A stretch of DNA of 63,885 nucleotides, counting the filler. It is 6 parts of 6 records of this genome, joined end to end, with 100 filler letters (N's around TTAATTAATTAA, not from the genome) between each part and the next. Parts side by side here need not be neighbours in the genome. Positions count along the whole stretch, not along the records: positions 1 to 8,193 come from SRR31156797_1428; positions 8,294 to 19,347 come from SRR31156797_1435; 4 more parts are not named here. The stretch is one strand, 5' to 3'. The notes beneath the pieces were generated by a model. It saw nothing but the letters and a program-made list of their open reading frames with translations, made no database searches and was not told the origin of the DNA. A program made the position numbers and the translations under genes. Below, piece after piece: positions 1-10,953 of this stretch. How positions within the stretch are numbered: position 1 is the stretch's first letter; each line of letters begins with the position of its first letter.

Positions 1-825
1 CCCGAAAAGGAAAATGAGATTGTCCTGGGCATAAACCTTGCCCGGTTCCTGGCCGTTTCGACGGGGGACAGGATCAGTTTCGCGACCCTGAACAGACGGG
101 GCGGTAGCTTTGTAAACCGGGATTACGTTGTCAGCGGCATATTCAGCACCGGTTTCTATGAGTACGACAGGAATATGGCCTTCGCCTTCCTCGACGAGGC
201 TTCCGCCGATGCCGTCACCATAGGCATCAAGTTGAAGAATCATTTCAGAGATCATAAGACCCTGGATGCTCTGGCCCATGCTTTCCGGGGATACAAGGTT
301 CAGTCCTGGCGGGAGTACAACAGTGCCTTTTTTAACGCCCTGAAGATCGAGAAGGTCTTTATGTTCCTGATAGTGGCCCTCATCTTCATCGTTGTGGCCG
401 TCAACGTATACCACTCCATGAAGCGCAATGTCAGGGAGAGGCTTACAGAGCTGGCTCTTCTCAAATCCCTGGGGGCCTGTTCGGCCGACCTTAAGATGCT
501 CTACCTCCAGCAGGGTCTGTTCCTCGGGCTGTGCAGCTCTCTGTCGGGCACTCTGCTGGGCATCCTTCTCGCTGTGAATGTGAACGAGCTTCTCGCCTTC
601 GTTCTGGGGCTGAGAACATGGTTTCAGAGCATGCTGTCCCTCCTGCCGTTCTACGAAGGCCAGGGAGGCCTGCCATTTTATTTTACCCATATTCCCGTCA
701 AGCTCATTGTTCGGGATATCATCATGATCAACCTCTGTTCCATCCTTTCCGTATATACGGCGGCCTCATCGGCTGTCAGAGGGGCGGACAGGGTTCTTCC
801 CGCGGAGATCTTCAGAAATGAATAG
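1..825 (+). CDS. LolC/E-family (FtsX-like) ABC permease, 5'-partial
   Basis: Frame is open from base 1 (PEKENEIVLGINLARFL..., GIFSTGFYEYD). C-terminal permease helices with ELALLKSLGA; overlaps the lolD-like ATPase. Confidence 0.85.
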   Translation, partial: PEKENEIVLGINLARFLAVSTGDRISFATLNRRGGSFVNRDYVVSGIFSTGFYEYDRNMAFAFLDEASADAVTIGIKLKNHFRDHKTLDALAHAFRGYKVQSWREYNSAFFNALKIEKVFMFLIVALIFIVVAVNVYHSMKRNVRERLTELALLKSLGACSADLKMLYLQQGLFLGLCSSLSGTLLGILLAVNVNELLAFVLGLRTWFQSMLSLLPFYEGQGGLPFYFTHIPVKLIVRDIIMINLCSILSVYTAASSAVRGADRVLPAEIFRNE

Positions 826-1501
826 CGACAAACTAGTAGAGATAAAGAGCCTTACAAAAACATATGAATCCGGAGACGATACCCTGCTCATACTGGATGG
901 CATCGATTTCTCGATTGAGAGGAAGCGCTTCATGTCCCTGACCGGAGAAAGCGGATCCGGAAAGAGCACCTTTCTGAATATCATAGGGGCGCTGGACAAG
1001 GGCGACTCGGGAGAGGTTTACAGCTGCGGTCTCGACCTGAGCCGTGCCGGAGAAAGGGAAATGGCCCGCTACAGAAACAGGGACACAGGCTTCATCTTCC
1101 AGTTCCACTACCTGCTGAAGGATTTTACGGCTCTTGAAAACGTGATGATGCCCGGTCGCATCCTGAACCGTCCCTACGGCGAACTGAAGGACGAAGCCGC
1201 CGGATTGCTGGAATCCGTCGGCCTCGGGAAGCGGGGAGAGCATTACCCAGGCCAGCTTTCCGGCGGCGAGCGACAGAGGGTAGCCCTGGCGCGGGCCATG
1301 ATAAACGCACCGGGCCTTATCCTTGCGGACGAACCCACCGGTTCGCTGGATGAAAAAAACTCCCGCGTCATTGAGGAGCTGCTCTTCTCTATCTGCCGGG
1401 ACAGAGACGTTTCTCTGATCCTCGTCACCCATGACGAGCGCCTGGCGTCACGGGCCGAGGAACGTTACAGACTCCATTCAGGAAAGCTGGAGAAACAATG
1501 A
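818..1501 (+). CDS. lolD: LolD-like ABC ATP-binding protein
   Basis: [41 protein letters not shown]; lies between two LolC/E permeases. Confidence 0.85.
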   Translation: MNSDKLVEIKSLTKTYESGDDTLLILDGIDFSIERKRFMSLTGESGSGKSTFLNIIGALDKGDSGEVYSCGLDLSRAGEREMARYRNRDTGFIFQFHYLLKDFTALENVMMPGRILNRPYGELKDEAAGLLESVGLGKRGEHYPGQLSGGERQRVALARAMINAPGLILADEPTGSLDEKNSRVIEELLFSICRDRDVSLILVTHDERLASRAEERYRLHSGKLEKQ

Positions 1502-2793
1502 AAAATCTCTCCGCCGATCTGATCATCAGGCTCTTCCACAGGAAAAGAAAGAGCTCTTCAAGACCCGTTCTGGGAGCCGTCACGGGCATAGCCTTGAGCA
1601 TGATCCCCCTGATCGTCGTCCTCTTCCTCTCGGACAGCATGATACGGGGCATCACAGATCGCTATATAGAAACGGGATCCTACCATATGCAGCTGCGATC
1701 CTATAAGGACCGCAGCCAACGGGAGTGGAGGGAAACGGCGGAGCGGGCTGAGTCGGTCCCCGGGATTGACCTGGCCGCCCTGGAGCACAACGGCATGGGG
1801 CTCGCCTATGCCGGAGACGCGCAGAGCGCCGTATCCATCAGGGCGGTGGATCCCTCGCTGCCGGAAAGGGACGAGAGCTTCCTCAGCTACATAACCCTTC
1901 TGGACGGCCGCTTCTCCCTGGAGGATGAGAAAGGCGCCGTCATCGGACGGGAGACCGCCGAGAGCCTGGGACTTTCTGTAGGGGACAGCTTCAGGGTGAT
2001 GACCGGCAAAACCCTGTCCACTGGCAAGTACATTCCTAAGATCAGCACCTTCCGCGTCAACGGAATTTTCACTACCGGCTATCAGGACCTGGACAAGCTG
2101 TGGATCTTCATTCCCCTGGAACGGGGCTGGAAAATCATGAGGGACAACGAATCGGCCACCAGGGTTTTGATCAAGACAGACGATCCCTACGGGGACCTCG
2201 GCCCCCGGATCGAAGGCCTCCGCTCGAAGCTCGGCGACGGCAGATGGGGAGTCTACACCTGGCTCTCACTGAACCGCTCCCAGCAGAGCAACTACAGGAC
2301 GACCAGGTCCCTTCTCATCCTGATCATGGTGATGATAGTCCTTGTGGCCGTCATGAATATCTCCTCCTCCATGGTCATGCTGGTGATGGACAACGAGCAG
2401 GAGATCGGGATCATGAAGAGCCTGGGGATGGAAAACTCTATATTGAGCCGGCAGTACGTCGTCACCTCGGGACTGGCCGGAGGGACGGGCAGTCTGTTGG
2501 GCATAGCAGCGGGCACGGCTATCTCACTCTACTTCAACGTGCTAGTCAGCGCGGGCGAATGGGCGGTAAACCTTGTCCTCTCACTGTTCTACACCCTGAC
2601 GGGCCGTCTGAATCCCGGCCCCCTGTCCCTTCTCAACAGGGAGTACTACCTGGAGAATTTCGACGTGTCCCCCGAACCTCTGATGCTCGTTGTTATCTTC
2701 GTTTCGACGGTTCTCCTTTCCATGCTCGCCGCTATGATCCCCGTCAGACATATAGGGCGTATAAGACCTCTGGACATCCTGCGGAAACACTGA
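1498..2793 (+). CDS. LolC/E-family ABC permease
   Basis: N-terminal TM, MacB-like periplasmic domain, EIGIMKSLGM, C-terminal PLDILR; ATGA overlap with lolD. Confidence 0.85.
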   Translation: MKNLSADLIIRLFHRKRKSSSRPVLGAVTGIALSMIPLIVVLFLSDSMIRGITDRYIETGSYHMQLRSYKDRSQREWRETAERAESVPGIDLAALEHNGMGLAYAGDAQSAVSIRAVDPSLPERDESFLSYITLLDGRFSLEDEKGAVIGRETAESLGLSVGDSFRVMTGKTLSTGKYIPKISTFRVNGIFTTGYQDLDKLWIFIPLERGWKIMRDNESATRVLIKTDDPYGDLGPRIEGLRSKLGDGRWGVYTWLSLNRSQQSNYRTTRSLLILIMVMIVLVAVMNISSSMVMLVMDNEQEIGIMKSLGMENSILSRQYVVTSGLAGGTGSLLGIAAGTAISLYFNVLVSAGEWAVNLVLSLFYTLTGRLNPGPLSLLNREYYLENFDVSPEPLMLVVIFVSTVLLSMLAAMIPVRHIGRIRPLDILRKH

Positions 2794-2899
2794 GGAGCCT
2801 GATCCGACGATTCCTGAAATTTTAATGTTTTGAAAACTCTGTCCCCGTCGATGATAATTATATAGAATAGATTATTCGAAGTAATTCTTAAACGAGGTA

Positions 2900-5374
2900 G
2901 TGATTTTGAAAGGATTAAGTCGGGAAGCCCAGCGCATACTGTCCATACTTTCCCAGGAGGAAGCACGCCGACTGAAATCGGACAAACTGCTTCCTGAGCA
3001 TGTTCTGCTCTCTCTTCTCAAAGACAGCGACGGCAGCGGCTATCATCTGCTGAAAAGACTGGGAGTGAATATCCAGGAAATGGCTGAGGAGATAGAAAAG
3101 TCGGTCCCCTCTCAGAATCTTCCGGGGATGTCGGCAGGGGAGGTTCCGCCGTCGGGACGACTGAGGTTCCTTCTGGAGAGCGCCGCCAATGAGGCGACCG
3201 CCCTTCGTCATGAGTTCATCGGGACCGAGCACTTCGTGATCGCCGCCGCCGGTGAGCCGGGGAGCGCGGCGGCCCTCTATCTGTCGGCTTACAATGTCAC
3301 AACCGAGATCCTCCGGTCCGTTCTCTACGATATAAACAGAAAGAAACAGAACAGCACGGGACAGGATAAGACCCCTCCCATTCGACCCAGGCTGGGGATG
3401 AACAAGGAACCCGCCGGTCTGCTCAAGGAGTTCTCCAGAGACCTTACCCAGATGGCCGAGAAGAACCTGCTGGATCCGGTCATAGGGAGGGAAAGAGAGA
3501 TCAACCGCGTCCTGAGGATCCTGGCCAGGCGGACAAAAAACAATCCCGTCCTGATCGGAGAGCCCGGAGTCGGGAAGACCGCCGTCGTCGAGGGTCTGGC
3601 CATCCGCATCCAGGGGGGCGAAGCCCCGGACTTCTTCAACGGCAAAAGGGTCATGAGCCTGGATCTGGCCTCTATCGTTGCAGGCACGAAGTACAGGGGC
3701 GAGTTCGAAGAGCGTCTGAAGAAGATACTCAAAGAGATTGAGCAGAGCGGCAACGTCATCCTCTTCATCGACGAGCTGCACACCATCATCGGAGCGGGGG
3801 GAGCCGAAGGCGCCATAGACGCTTCGAACATGCTCAAGCCCGCCCTGTCCCGGGGAGAACTCCAGTGCATCGGCGCGACCACGCTGAACGAGTACAAAAA
3901 GCATATCGAGAAGGATCCCGCCCTGGAGCGCCGTTTCCAGAGCATCATGATCAACGAGCCCTCCCTCGAGGAAACCTTTACCATCCTCAAGGGCATACAG
4001 CAGCGCTATGAGGATCATCATAACGTCAGCTACAGCGACGATGCCATTCATGCCTCCGTCGAGCTTTCGGCCCGCTATATATCGGACCGCTGTCTTCCGG
4101 ACAAGGCGATCGACCTCCTGGACGAGGCAGGGGCCGGGAAGCGTATGAGCAACGCCGTACAGCCAGTGGAAATATCCGATCTGGAGACACGTATCGCCGA
4201 GCTGACGGCGGAAAAAATCTCCTTCGTCAACGCCCAGAACTACGAGAAGGCCGCTTCGGTGCGGGACAACGTCCGCAGCCTCAGAAGCGAGATAGAGCTG
4301 ATGAAGGAGGAGTGGAAGAGGACGCTCAGGGAGGAAGAGAACGTCATCACCCGGGAGGATATTCATAACGTGGTCTCCGAAAACACGGGAATCCCCATGC
4401 AGAAGCTTATCCGGAGCGAGTCGGACCGGCTTATGGATATCGAGAAGGAACTCCATAAGAGGGTTATCGGTCAGGAGGATGCCATCAATATCGTGGCCAG
4501 CGCCATCAGGCGTTCCCGCACGGGCCTCAACTCACCGGACAGGCCCATAGGCTCTTTCATCTTTCTGGGGCCCACGGGTGTGGGCAAGACCCTTCTGGCC
4601 AAGACCCTGGCGGCCTTTCTCTTCGGGGATGAGGAATCGCTGATCCGTATCGATATGTCCGACTTCATGGAGAAGCACAACGTCTCGCGTCTCGTGGGCT
4701 CCCCTCCGGGATATGTGGGTTATGAGGAGGGAGGGCTTCTGACCGAGAAGATCCGCCGTCAGCCCTACAGCGTCATCCTTCTGGATGAGATCGAAAAGGC
4801 CCATCTGGATGTGTTCAACCTTCTGCTCCAGGTACTGGAGGAGGGGGAGCTGCAGGATAACCTGGGACACAGGATATCCTTTAAGAACAGCGTGGTAATC
4901 ATGACCTCCAACGTCGGCGCACGGGAGATGGCGAGGACGCCACTCGGTTTCCAGCCTTCCGATGCGACGGGTTTGAACGATTCGACGGCCATGAGCGAGC
5001 TTAAGCGTATCTTCCGACCCGAATTCCTCAACCGCGTGGACGAAATTTGCATGTTCCATACTCTTGAATCCAATGAAGTGATGAAGATCCTAGACCTTAC
5101 CCTTGCGGAAGTCGTCGGAAGGCTGTACAAACAGGATATAGTTCTGGATGTGTCGGCCAAGGTGAAGGCCCACCTGATCGACCAGTGGTACGACAGTACA
5201 TACGGGGCCAGACCTCTGCGAAGGGGTGTTCAGAAGGAGATAGAGGATCCCCTCTCTCTCGGCATATTGAGCGGCAGATTCTCCTCCGGCAGCCGTATCT
5301 ACGCCGAACTGAGAAACGGACAGATCCGCTTCAGAAAGAAAAGCCGGAAAATGATAGAAGAAAAAAGTGAGTAA
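2900..5374 (+). CDS. clpC: ATP-dependent Clp protease ATPase ClpC
   Basis: Double Clp-N repeat, [15 protein letters not shown], short UVR-like coiled coil (YEKAASVRD), [28 protein letters not shown]. Confidence 0.9.
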   Translation: MILKGLSREAQRILSILSQEEARRLKSDKLLPEHVLLSLLKDSDGSGYHLLKRLGVNIQEMAEEIEKSVPSQNLPGMSAGEVPPSGRLRFLLESAANEATALRHEFIGTEHFVIAAAGEPGSAAALYLSAYNVTTEILRSVLYDINRKKQNSTGQDKTPPIRPRLGMNKEPAGLLKEFSRDLTQMAEKNLLDPVIGREREINRVLRILARRTKNNPVLIGEPGVGKTAVVEGLAIRIQGGEAPDFFNGKRVMSLDLASIVAGTKYRGEFEERLKKILKEIEQSGNVILFIDELHTIIGAGGAEGAIDASNMLKPALSRGELQCIGATTLNEYKKHIEKDPALERRFQSIMINEPSLEETFTILKGIQQRYEDHHNVSYSDDAIHASVELSARYISDRCLPDKAIDLLDEAGAGKRMSNAVQPVEISDLETRIAELTAEKISFVNAQNYEKAASVRDNVRSLRSEIELMKEEWKRTLREEENVITREDIHNVVSENTGIPMQKLIRSESDRLMDIEKELHKRVIGQEDAINIVASAIRRSRTGLNSPDRPIGSFIFLGPTGVGKTLLAKTLAAFLFGDEESLIRIDMSDFMEKHNVSRLVGSPPGYVGYEEGGLLTEKIRRQPYSVILLDEIEKAHLDVFNLLLQVLEEGELQDNLGHRISFKNSVVIMTSNVGAREMARTPLGFQPSDATGLNDSTAMSELKRIFRPEFLNRVDEICMFHTLESNEVMKILDLTLAEVVGRLYKQDIVLDVSAKVKAHLIDQWYDSTYGARPLRRGVQKEIEDPLSLGILSGRFSSGSRIYAELRNGQIRFRKKSRKMIEEKSE

Positions 5375-8193
5375 GACATTGAAACGCCCTATACTTATAC
5401 TGCTGATCCTGATTACCGCACTCTCTCCCCTGAGCGCCCAGTCGGCCTCGCAGCTCTTCAGGGAGGGGCGAGACGCCTTCTCGGACAAACTCTTCTCCCG
5501 TTCCATTGAGAGCTTCAGAGAGTTCATAAAATCCTATCCCTCAGATCCCAGGGTCGATCAAGCCGACTATATGATCGGTGTGTCCCTCTTCTATCTGAAG
5601 AAATTCAACCAGACCATCAGCCACTTCAGCCGTTACGAACGGGATTACCCGGGCTCCGCCTATCTGCGCAGGATACACTACTGGAAGGGATTGAGTTATT
5701 ACGGACAGGAGAACTACCGCTCCGCCATCGCTGAACTCAGGAAGCAGGCGGAGATTCGGGAAGAACTCTATTTCAGACAGAAAAGCCTTCAGCTTCTGGG
5801 CTACTCCTATGAAAAAACCGAAGAGTACGCCCTGGCCGCCGATTCATACAAAAAGCTATTTGAATCTTCCCCGGGAGAAAATCTTGCCGCCCTCGCTCTT
5901 GAACGCCAGGGCTACCTCGCGATGAAGACGGGGGAGTACGATAAGGCCCTGGATCTTTTCGACAAGCTGTCTGTGGAGTACAGCCACGTTCCGCAGATCT
6001 TGAAAGAGATCCCCTTCTATCAGGGAGAGTGCTACTACGCCCTGGGGGATTACAGCGCCTCTCTGAAAAAATACGAAACCTTTCTCTCCCTCTACAGCAG
6101 CTCCGAAAATAGGGAGATGGCGGTCTTCCGTCTCGGCACCCTCCACGCGCTGCTGAACAATCAGGATGATGCCAAGGAGTACATGAGCCTCCTCACCGAT
6201 GAGTATCCCGAGAGCGACTTTATCATGGAGGCCCACATCATCCTTGCGGAAAGCTATATGGCCGACGGGGATATGGCGGCCGCGCGGGAGTCTCTGGAGC
6301 GCCTGCTTGAAGACGAGAAGGATCCCGTTGAGATACAGAAACTTCAGTTCAATATGGCCAGGACATGGGAAGACACACCCGATGAAGCTCTTAAATGGTA
6401 CCTCTCCGCCTCGCGGGGCCTGGATCCGGATCTATCGGGAGAAAGCCTCTACAGAGCGGGAATCATTTACGAGAGCGAGGGACGCCCGGACAGAACGGTT
6501 CTTCTCTTTGAAAAACTTTTCAACCAGTACAAAGACAGCGATTACAGGCAGGAGACGGGCGACTGGATCGTCCTCTACTACGAGAACAATTCCCAGGACC
6601 TGGCTCTTAAGAACCACCTGGATCGTATGCTCGGAGAGTACCCGGAAAGCCCCAAGCGCACGATCTACCTCTATATGAGGGCCAATATTGCCTACAGGGA
6701 GGGCAAGTATAACGAAGCCCTCCGCCACTATCAGAACATCCTTAACGTGGAGAGGGAAGACAGGCAGATCCTGGATGAAACCCGCTATAGGATCGGCTAT
6801 ATCTACACCCTCAGGAAAGAGTATTACAGGGCGACCGACTACTTCCAGGCCGTCCTCAGGGGAGGCGACCGGGGCGAGGCCTATTACCGCTCCCTTCTGT
6901 CCCTGGGGATCTGTTATCTCAACGTAAAGGAAAACGACAAAGCCGAGTCCCGCTTCCTGGAGGTTCTGGAGGGGGATTCCGCATGGTCCGAAGACGCCCG
7001 CTTCTACCTGGGCAAGATCCAGATGGACAAGGGGCATTACGAACAGGCGGCCAACTACTATAAGGCTTCCTATGAGGGTTCGGAAAATCATGAAAGGAAG
7101 ATCCAGTCTCTCTACCAGCTCGGCTGGAGCTACATGAGGCTGTCATCCTTCGACAAAGCGGCGGAAGCCTTCGACAGGGTATGGGAGCTCGATCAGACCC
7201 ATAACCTGTCCGCCGACAGCCTTTACCGCGCCGGAACGGCCCTGAGCTACCTGGAGATGTGGGAGGAATCGCTCAGCCGCTACAAAAAGGCCCTTGAGAT
7301 CATCGAATACTTCAGCCTGCGGGAAGAGCTCCTCTATCAGACGGCCTGGTCCTATTTCATGCTGACGAAGATAGAAGACGCCGTCAGCTATCTGACAGAG
7401 CTGGAGAAAGAATTCCCCGGGAGCCCTCTGCCCGCCGACGGTCTTTTCAGAGCGGCCGAAAGCTTCACAGAGAGAGAAGAGACGGAGGCGGCTATCCGCT
7501 CCTACATCATACTCTATGAAAACTACAACGCCAGTCCTCTGGCCGAGACATCGCTCTACCGCGCCCTGAGCCTCAGTACGGACAGAAAGAGAAAGCTTCA
7601 ACTGATCAAGGATTTCATGGAACGTTATACGGGCGGCGAACGGGCTCTGCAGTCCGCGTCCCAGCTGGCCGGCCTTCTGGAGCGGGGGGATTTGGACGAA
7701 CAGGATCAGAATACGGTCGATGAGATCCTCGGGCTGAACCTGAGGGACAGCGAAAAGACTGTCATCCTTCTGGGACGATACTATACCCAGCTGGCAGAAG
7801 AAGAGACCCTTGAAAAGCTCAACAGCCTTTCGGGGAGGTCGGACATAAGGCCCCGTGAGGTAGCGAAAATACAACTCTACAAGGGGATCAGCCACTATAA
7901 CGCGGGCCGTCCGGAAGAGGCCCGCCAACTCTTAGACAAGGTGATGGAGGGGGACTTCGCCGCTTTCGGCGCCGAAGCTCTTTTCTATATCGCGACCATG
8001 TACGAGGATGAGGGTCAGTCCAAGTCCGCCGCCGATGAGTTCCTGCGGATCCGGTATCGCTATCCCGGTCAGAAGGGCTGGGTGGAAAGGGCCCTTTACA
8101 GGGCGGCCGACGCCTACGATAAAAGCGGTGATCCAGAAAGCTCCCGCAGGGCCGCCGACATGCTCGCCGAAGAGTACCCGGCCTCCGAGTACC
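5367..8193 (+). CDS. Exported TPR-repeat protein, runs into contig end
   Basis: Signal peptide (ALSPLSA-Q) followed by many TPR/BamD-like repeats (YPxS...A.Y..G). Confidence 0.8.
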
Positions 8194-8293
8194 NNNNNNN
8201 NNNNNNNNNNNNNNNNNNNNNNNNNNNNNNNNNNNNNTTAATTAATTAANNNNNNNNNNNNNNNNNNNNNNNNNNNNNNNNNNNNNNNNNNNN
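8194..8293. other. Artificial contig spacer
   Basis: 44 N + TTAATTAATTAA (stops in all frames) + 44 N; abrupt GC change across it. Confidence 0.99.
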
Positions 8294-8304
8294 CCGATAA
8301 TTCT

Positions 8305-8344
8305 AAAAGATGATTTCTGTATTTTACAGAAGTCATCTTTTTTT
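8305..8344 (+). terminator. Intrinsic terminator
   Basis: AAAAGATGATTTCTGTA / TACAGAAGTCATCTTTT inverted repeat followed by a T tract. Confidence 0.7.
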
Positions 8345-8695
8345 ATTTAAATTCAATATTAATTTGTTAATTTAAAGCTGCATATAAGCCCAATTTATAC
8401 TAAGTTTGTACGCGAAAATGACAGAGTGAACTAAAAAGACTACTCGGGATTTAATATATTAATTTGAGATATGTCTCTAAAGTTTGTAAAGTAAAAATAC
8501 GAGAAGCACTAAAATATATGTATAATTAACTCTATTAATAGTTAGTCAAAAAAGTTATAATATAATTAAAGTTTAGAAAAGAGAAGGATATTAAAGCAGA
8601 ATATTATATTGAGAAATAAGAGGTTTTTTTAAGAATTTATGAAGAACTATTGAAAGGTACGGGGTTATTTATAATAAGTGGAGGGGAATATAAAT

Positions 8696-9706
8696 ATGTA
8701 CAAAATTTTGTTAGATAACTTATCAGGTCAAGCATTAAAAGATTTAATAACTTTAGGAGAATTTGGCATTAAAAAAGGTTTATCGAAGGACAATTTAGTT
8801 AATGAAATAATTACTTCATTTAGCGACGCTTCAAAGCTAAATGTTTTTAAAAAGTACTATACAGGACTAAGTAAAGTTGCTAAAAAGGAATTTTTTATAT
8901 TCCATCTGAGTGAAAAATTTAATGTTGAATCATTCATCAATAGTTTTAATGCTTTAGAAACTATTAATGACATTTTTGTTCCAAATGATCGAGAATGTCA
9001 TATAAAAAAATATCAATCAAATAGCTATATATATGAAATAAAGGTATTTCAAAAAAAATCTAATAAAACTAGAGATAAAAATAATGATAGAAGAGAAGGA
9101 GACAGAGTTTGGGAAGCTTTTATTTATGATGATTTTATTCATGAAATGTATTTTAGATTTGATTTAAATAGAAATTATTGTTTCTTGGCAATAGGAGAGG
9201 ATAATAGTATTCGTAGGAATGAAAGGCTTCCTATTTTGCTTGAAAAATTATCTGAAATATTTGGAATGGCATTAGTAAATGAAATCAGAAAAATTGATTG
9301 TAAAGACACATTTGAGTCATTTTTAAAAGATAATCAGGTAATCACAAGACAAATGTATAATAAAAATGTTAATCAAGAACAGTCAACAAAATATAGTATT
9401 GATATGGATAATGTAAGGTTAATAAAAAAAAGACTAAATAGCGGAGAAGTTCTATTAGAAGATATTAAGACAGAACATATTAATTGTGATGTAGCTGACC
9501 ACCAGGTATTTAGAGTAAAATCAGAAAAAAATGAAATTAGAGAAATTTTACGTGAAGGAAGAGGAATATATTTTTATAGATGCAATATAAATAATAACTT
9601 TCAATATATGAGATTTGATTTAGATGTTGCGAGATCTAGTTTTAAAATATCAACAGATCATACTTCTGAAGGAGTTGTTTTAAATGTTCTATCAAGATTT
9701 ATTTAA
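8696..9706 (+). CDS. Hypothetical protein, first gene of cyclase-fusion operon (SAP/HeH-like N-terminus)
   Basis: Long ORF in very AT-rich DNA. RBS GGAGGGG favours ATG 8696 over the track start 8678. LSGQALKDL...KGLSKDNLVNEI resembles a SAP/HeH motif. Overlaps the next gene by 23 bp. Confidence 0.7.
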   Translation: MYKILLDNLSGQALKDLITLGEFGIKKGLSKDNLVNEIITSFSDASKLNVFKKYYTGLSKVAKKEFFIFHLSEKFNVESFINSFNALETINDIFVPNDRECHIKKYQSNSYIYEIKVFQKKSNKTRDKNNDRREGDRVWEAFIYDDFIHEMYFRFDLNRNYCFLAIGEDNSIRRNERLPILLEKLSEIFGMALVNEIRKIDCKDTFESFLKDNQVITRQMYNKNVNQEQSTKYSIDMDNVRLIKKRLNSGEVLLEDIKTEHINCDVADHQVFRVKSEKNEIREILREGRGIYFYRCNINNNFQYMRFDLDVARSSFKISTDHTSEGVVLNVLSRFI

Positions 9707-10646
9707 GCTTTATACTGATATTGATAGTAAGTTTTATAATATAAATTTGATTGCTGATATTGATAATTATCTCGGTAAGTTTGAAAAAGGAACCATATTA
9801 AAGAGTGATGATATTGAATTTGCAATAAATAATCCTTTAAAAATATCAAAGCTGTTAAAAGATTTAGAAAAATTAGGAATATTAAGAATAAATGAAGATG
9901 AATATAATGATGAGGATATTGATATAAATTATTATGAAATATTAATAAAACCAGAAAAGACAATGGATAAAGAATATGAGAAATATCTTAAAAGCAAAAG
10001 AGCTATGAATTGTTTTGAAATTATTTATAATAGAGTTCAGAATAGTAATAATGGATTCTTTTTATTACTTGATATAAAAGGATATTCAAAAAATATTAAC
10101 TCTGAAAATAAGCAAACAAGACTATTGATGCACTACTTTATGACAGAATTTAATGAAAAAATGAATAAGCTTATGGAAAGGTTATTTTACAGCGATTATA
10201 GTGGAATCATTATTAAGCAAAACGGAGATGGTTGGTTGTTATATTTTGAAAAAATAAATGATGCTATCAATTTTTCAAGAAAGCTAACGAATACTATTAA
10301 TGAAAAATCTTATGAAACTATGCAAATTTTAGGATTAAACATAAAAATGTATTTACATTATATTGAAAAAATTGAAAAAATGTATAGAACAGATACGCTT
10401 CATTTTGATGTGGAAGGCGAAGAGGTTATATATTTATTTTTAATTGAAAAAAAAATAGAGGAAGAAATATATCGTAAGCGGCATTGTAATTTTTTAGCGT
10501 ATACAAAAGAAGCTTATAATTATCTATCTGATAATCAAAAAATTAAGTTAACTCAATTGAATGAAATCAATTTTAATATTTCTGATAGTGAAGGAAATAG
10601 CAAAATTAAGAAAAAAAGTGATATATACTTTGAAGTTTTAACTTAA
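9684..10646 (+). CDS. wHTH-like domain fused to class III nucleotide cyclase-like domain
   Basis: FFLLLDIKGYS and IIKQNGDGWLLYF are the two metal-binding Asp motifs; HFDVEGEEV matches YDxxGxxV. N-terminal ISKLLKDLEKLGILR is wHTH-like. RBS AAGGAG. Confidence 0.7.
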   Translation: MFYQDLFKLYTDIDSKFYNINLIADIDNYLGKFEKGTILKSDDIEFAINNPLKISKLLKDLEKLGILRINEDEYNDEDIDINYYEILIKPEKTMDKEYEKYLKSKRAMNCFEIIYNRVQNSNNGFFLLLDIKGYSKNINSENKQTRLLMHYFMTEFNEKMNKLMERLFYSDYSGIIIKQNGDGWLLYFEKINDAINFSRKLTNTINEKSYETMQILGLNIKMYLHYIEKIEKMYRTDTLHFDVEGEEVIYLFLIEKKIEEEIYRKRHCNFLAYTKEAYNYLSDNQKIKLTQLNEINFNISDSEGNSKIKKKSDIYFEVLT

Positions 10647-10692
10647 AAGTGAGTTATTATTTTATAACTACATATGTATTTGTTACGTTATT

Positions 10693-10722
10693 ATCCCCTT
10701 CTTTGATAGAAAGGGGATTTTT
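10693..10722 (+). terminator. Intrinsic terminator closing the two-gene operon
   Basis: ATCCCCTTCT-TTGAT-AGAAAGGGGAT followed by TTTT. Confidence 0.7.
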
Positions 10723-10953
10723 ATTAAAGAATAGGAGTTTTAAAGTGACGTTATTTTAGTTAAATGTTCATACGTTTCTTGTTAAAAAAATAGAACTTTG
10801 CTTGAAAATAATAGTTTTATTAAATAGATAGATTAAATTAATAAAATACTGCTTAATCTACAAAAAAGTTTAGAAATATGAGATTTTGACTATTTTTAGA
10901 GAGTATTTTTGTGTTATACTAGTAGTGACTATACTAATATTTAGGAGAAAAAT

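Noticed and set aside
2915-4456. 513-aa antisense ORF (and similar long shadows at 47930-49057, 50238-51137, 51509-52645)
   Set aside because: They lie opposite well-conserved genes in GC-rich DNA and have no motifs; codon-bias shadows.
8194-8293. TTAATTAATTAA within N runs (five copies in the window) as a biological repeat
   Set aside because: Identical 100-bp artificial linker; ORFs ending in X...LIN are artefacts of it.
9684-10646. Calling the cyclase operon canonical Pycsar or CBASS
   Set aside because: No cNMP-binding, TIR or TM effector and no CD-NTase motifs; the cyclase is C-terminal and lacks NxxxR.
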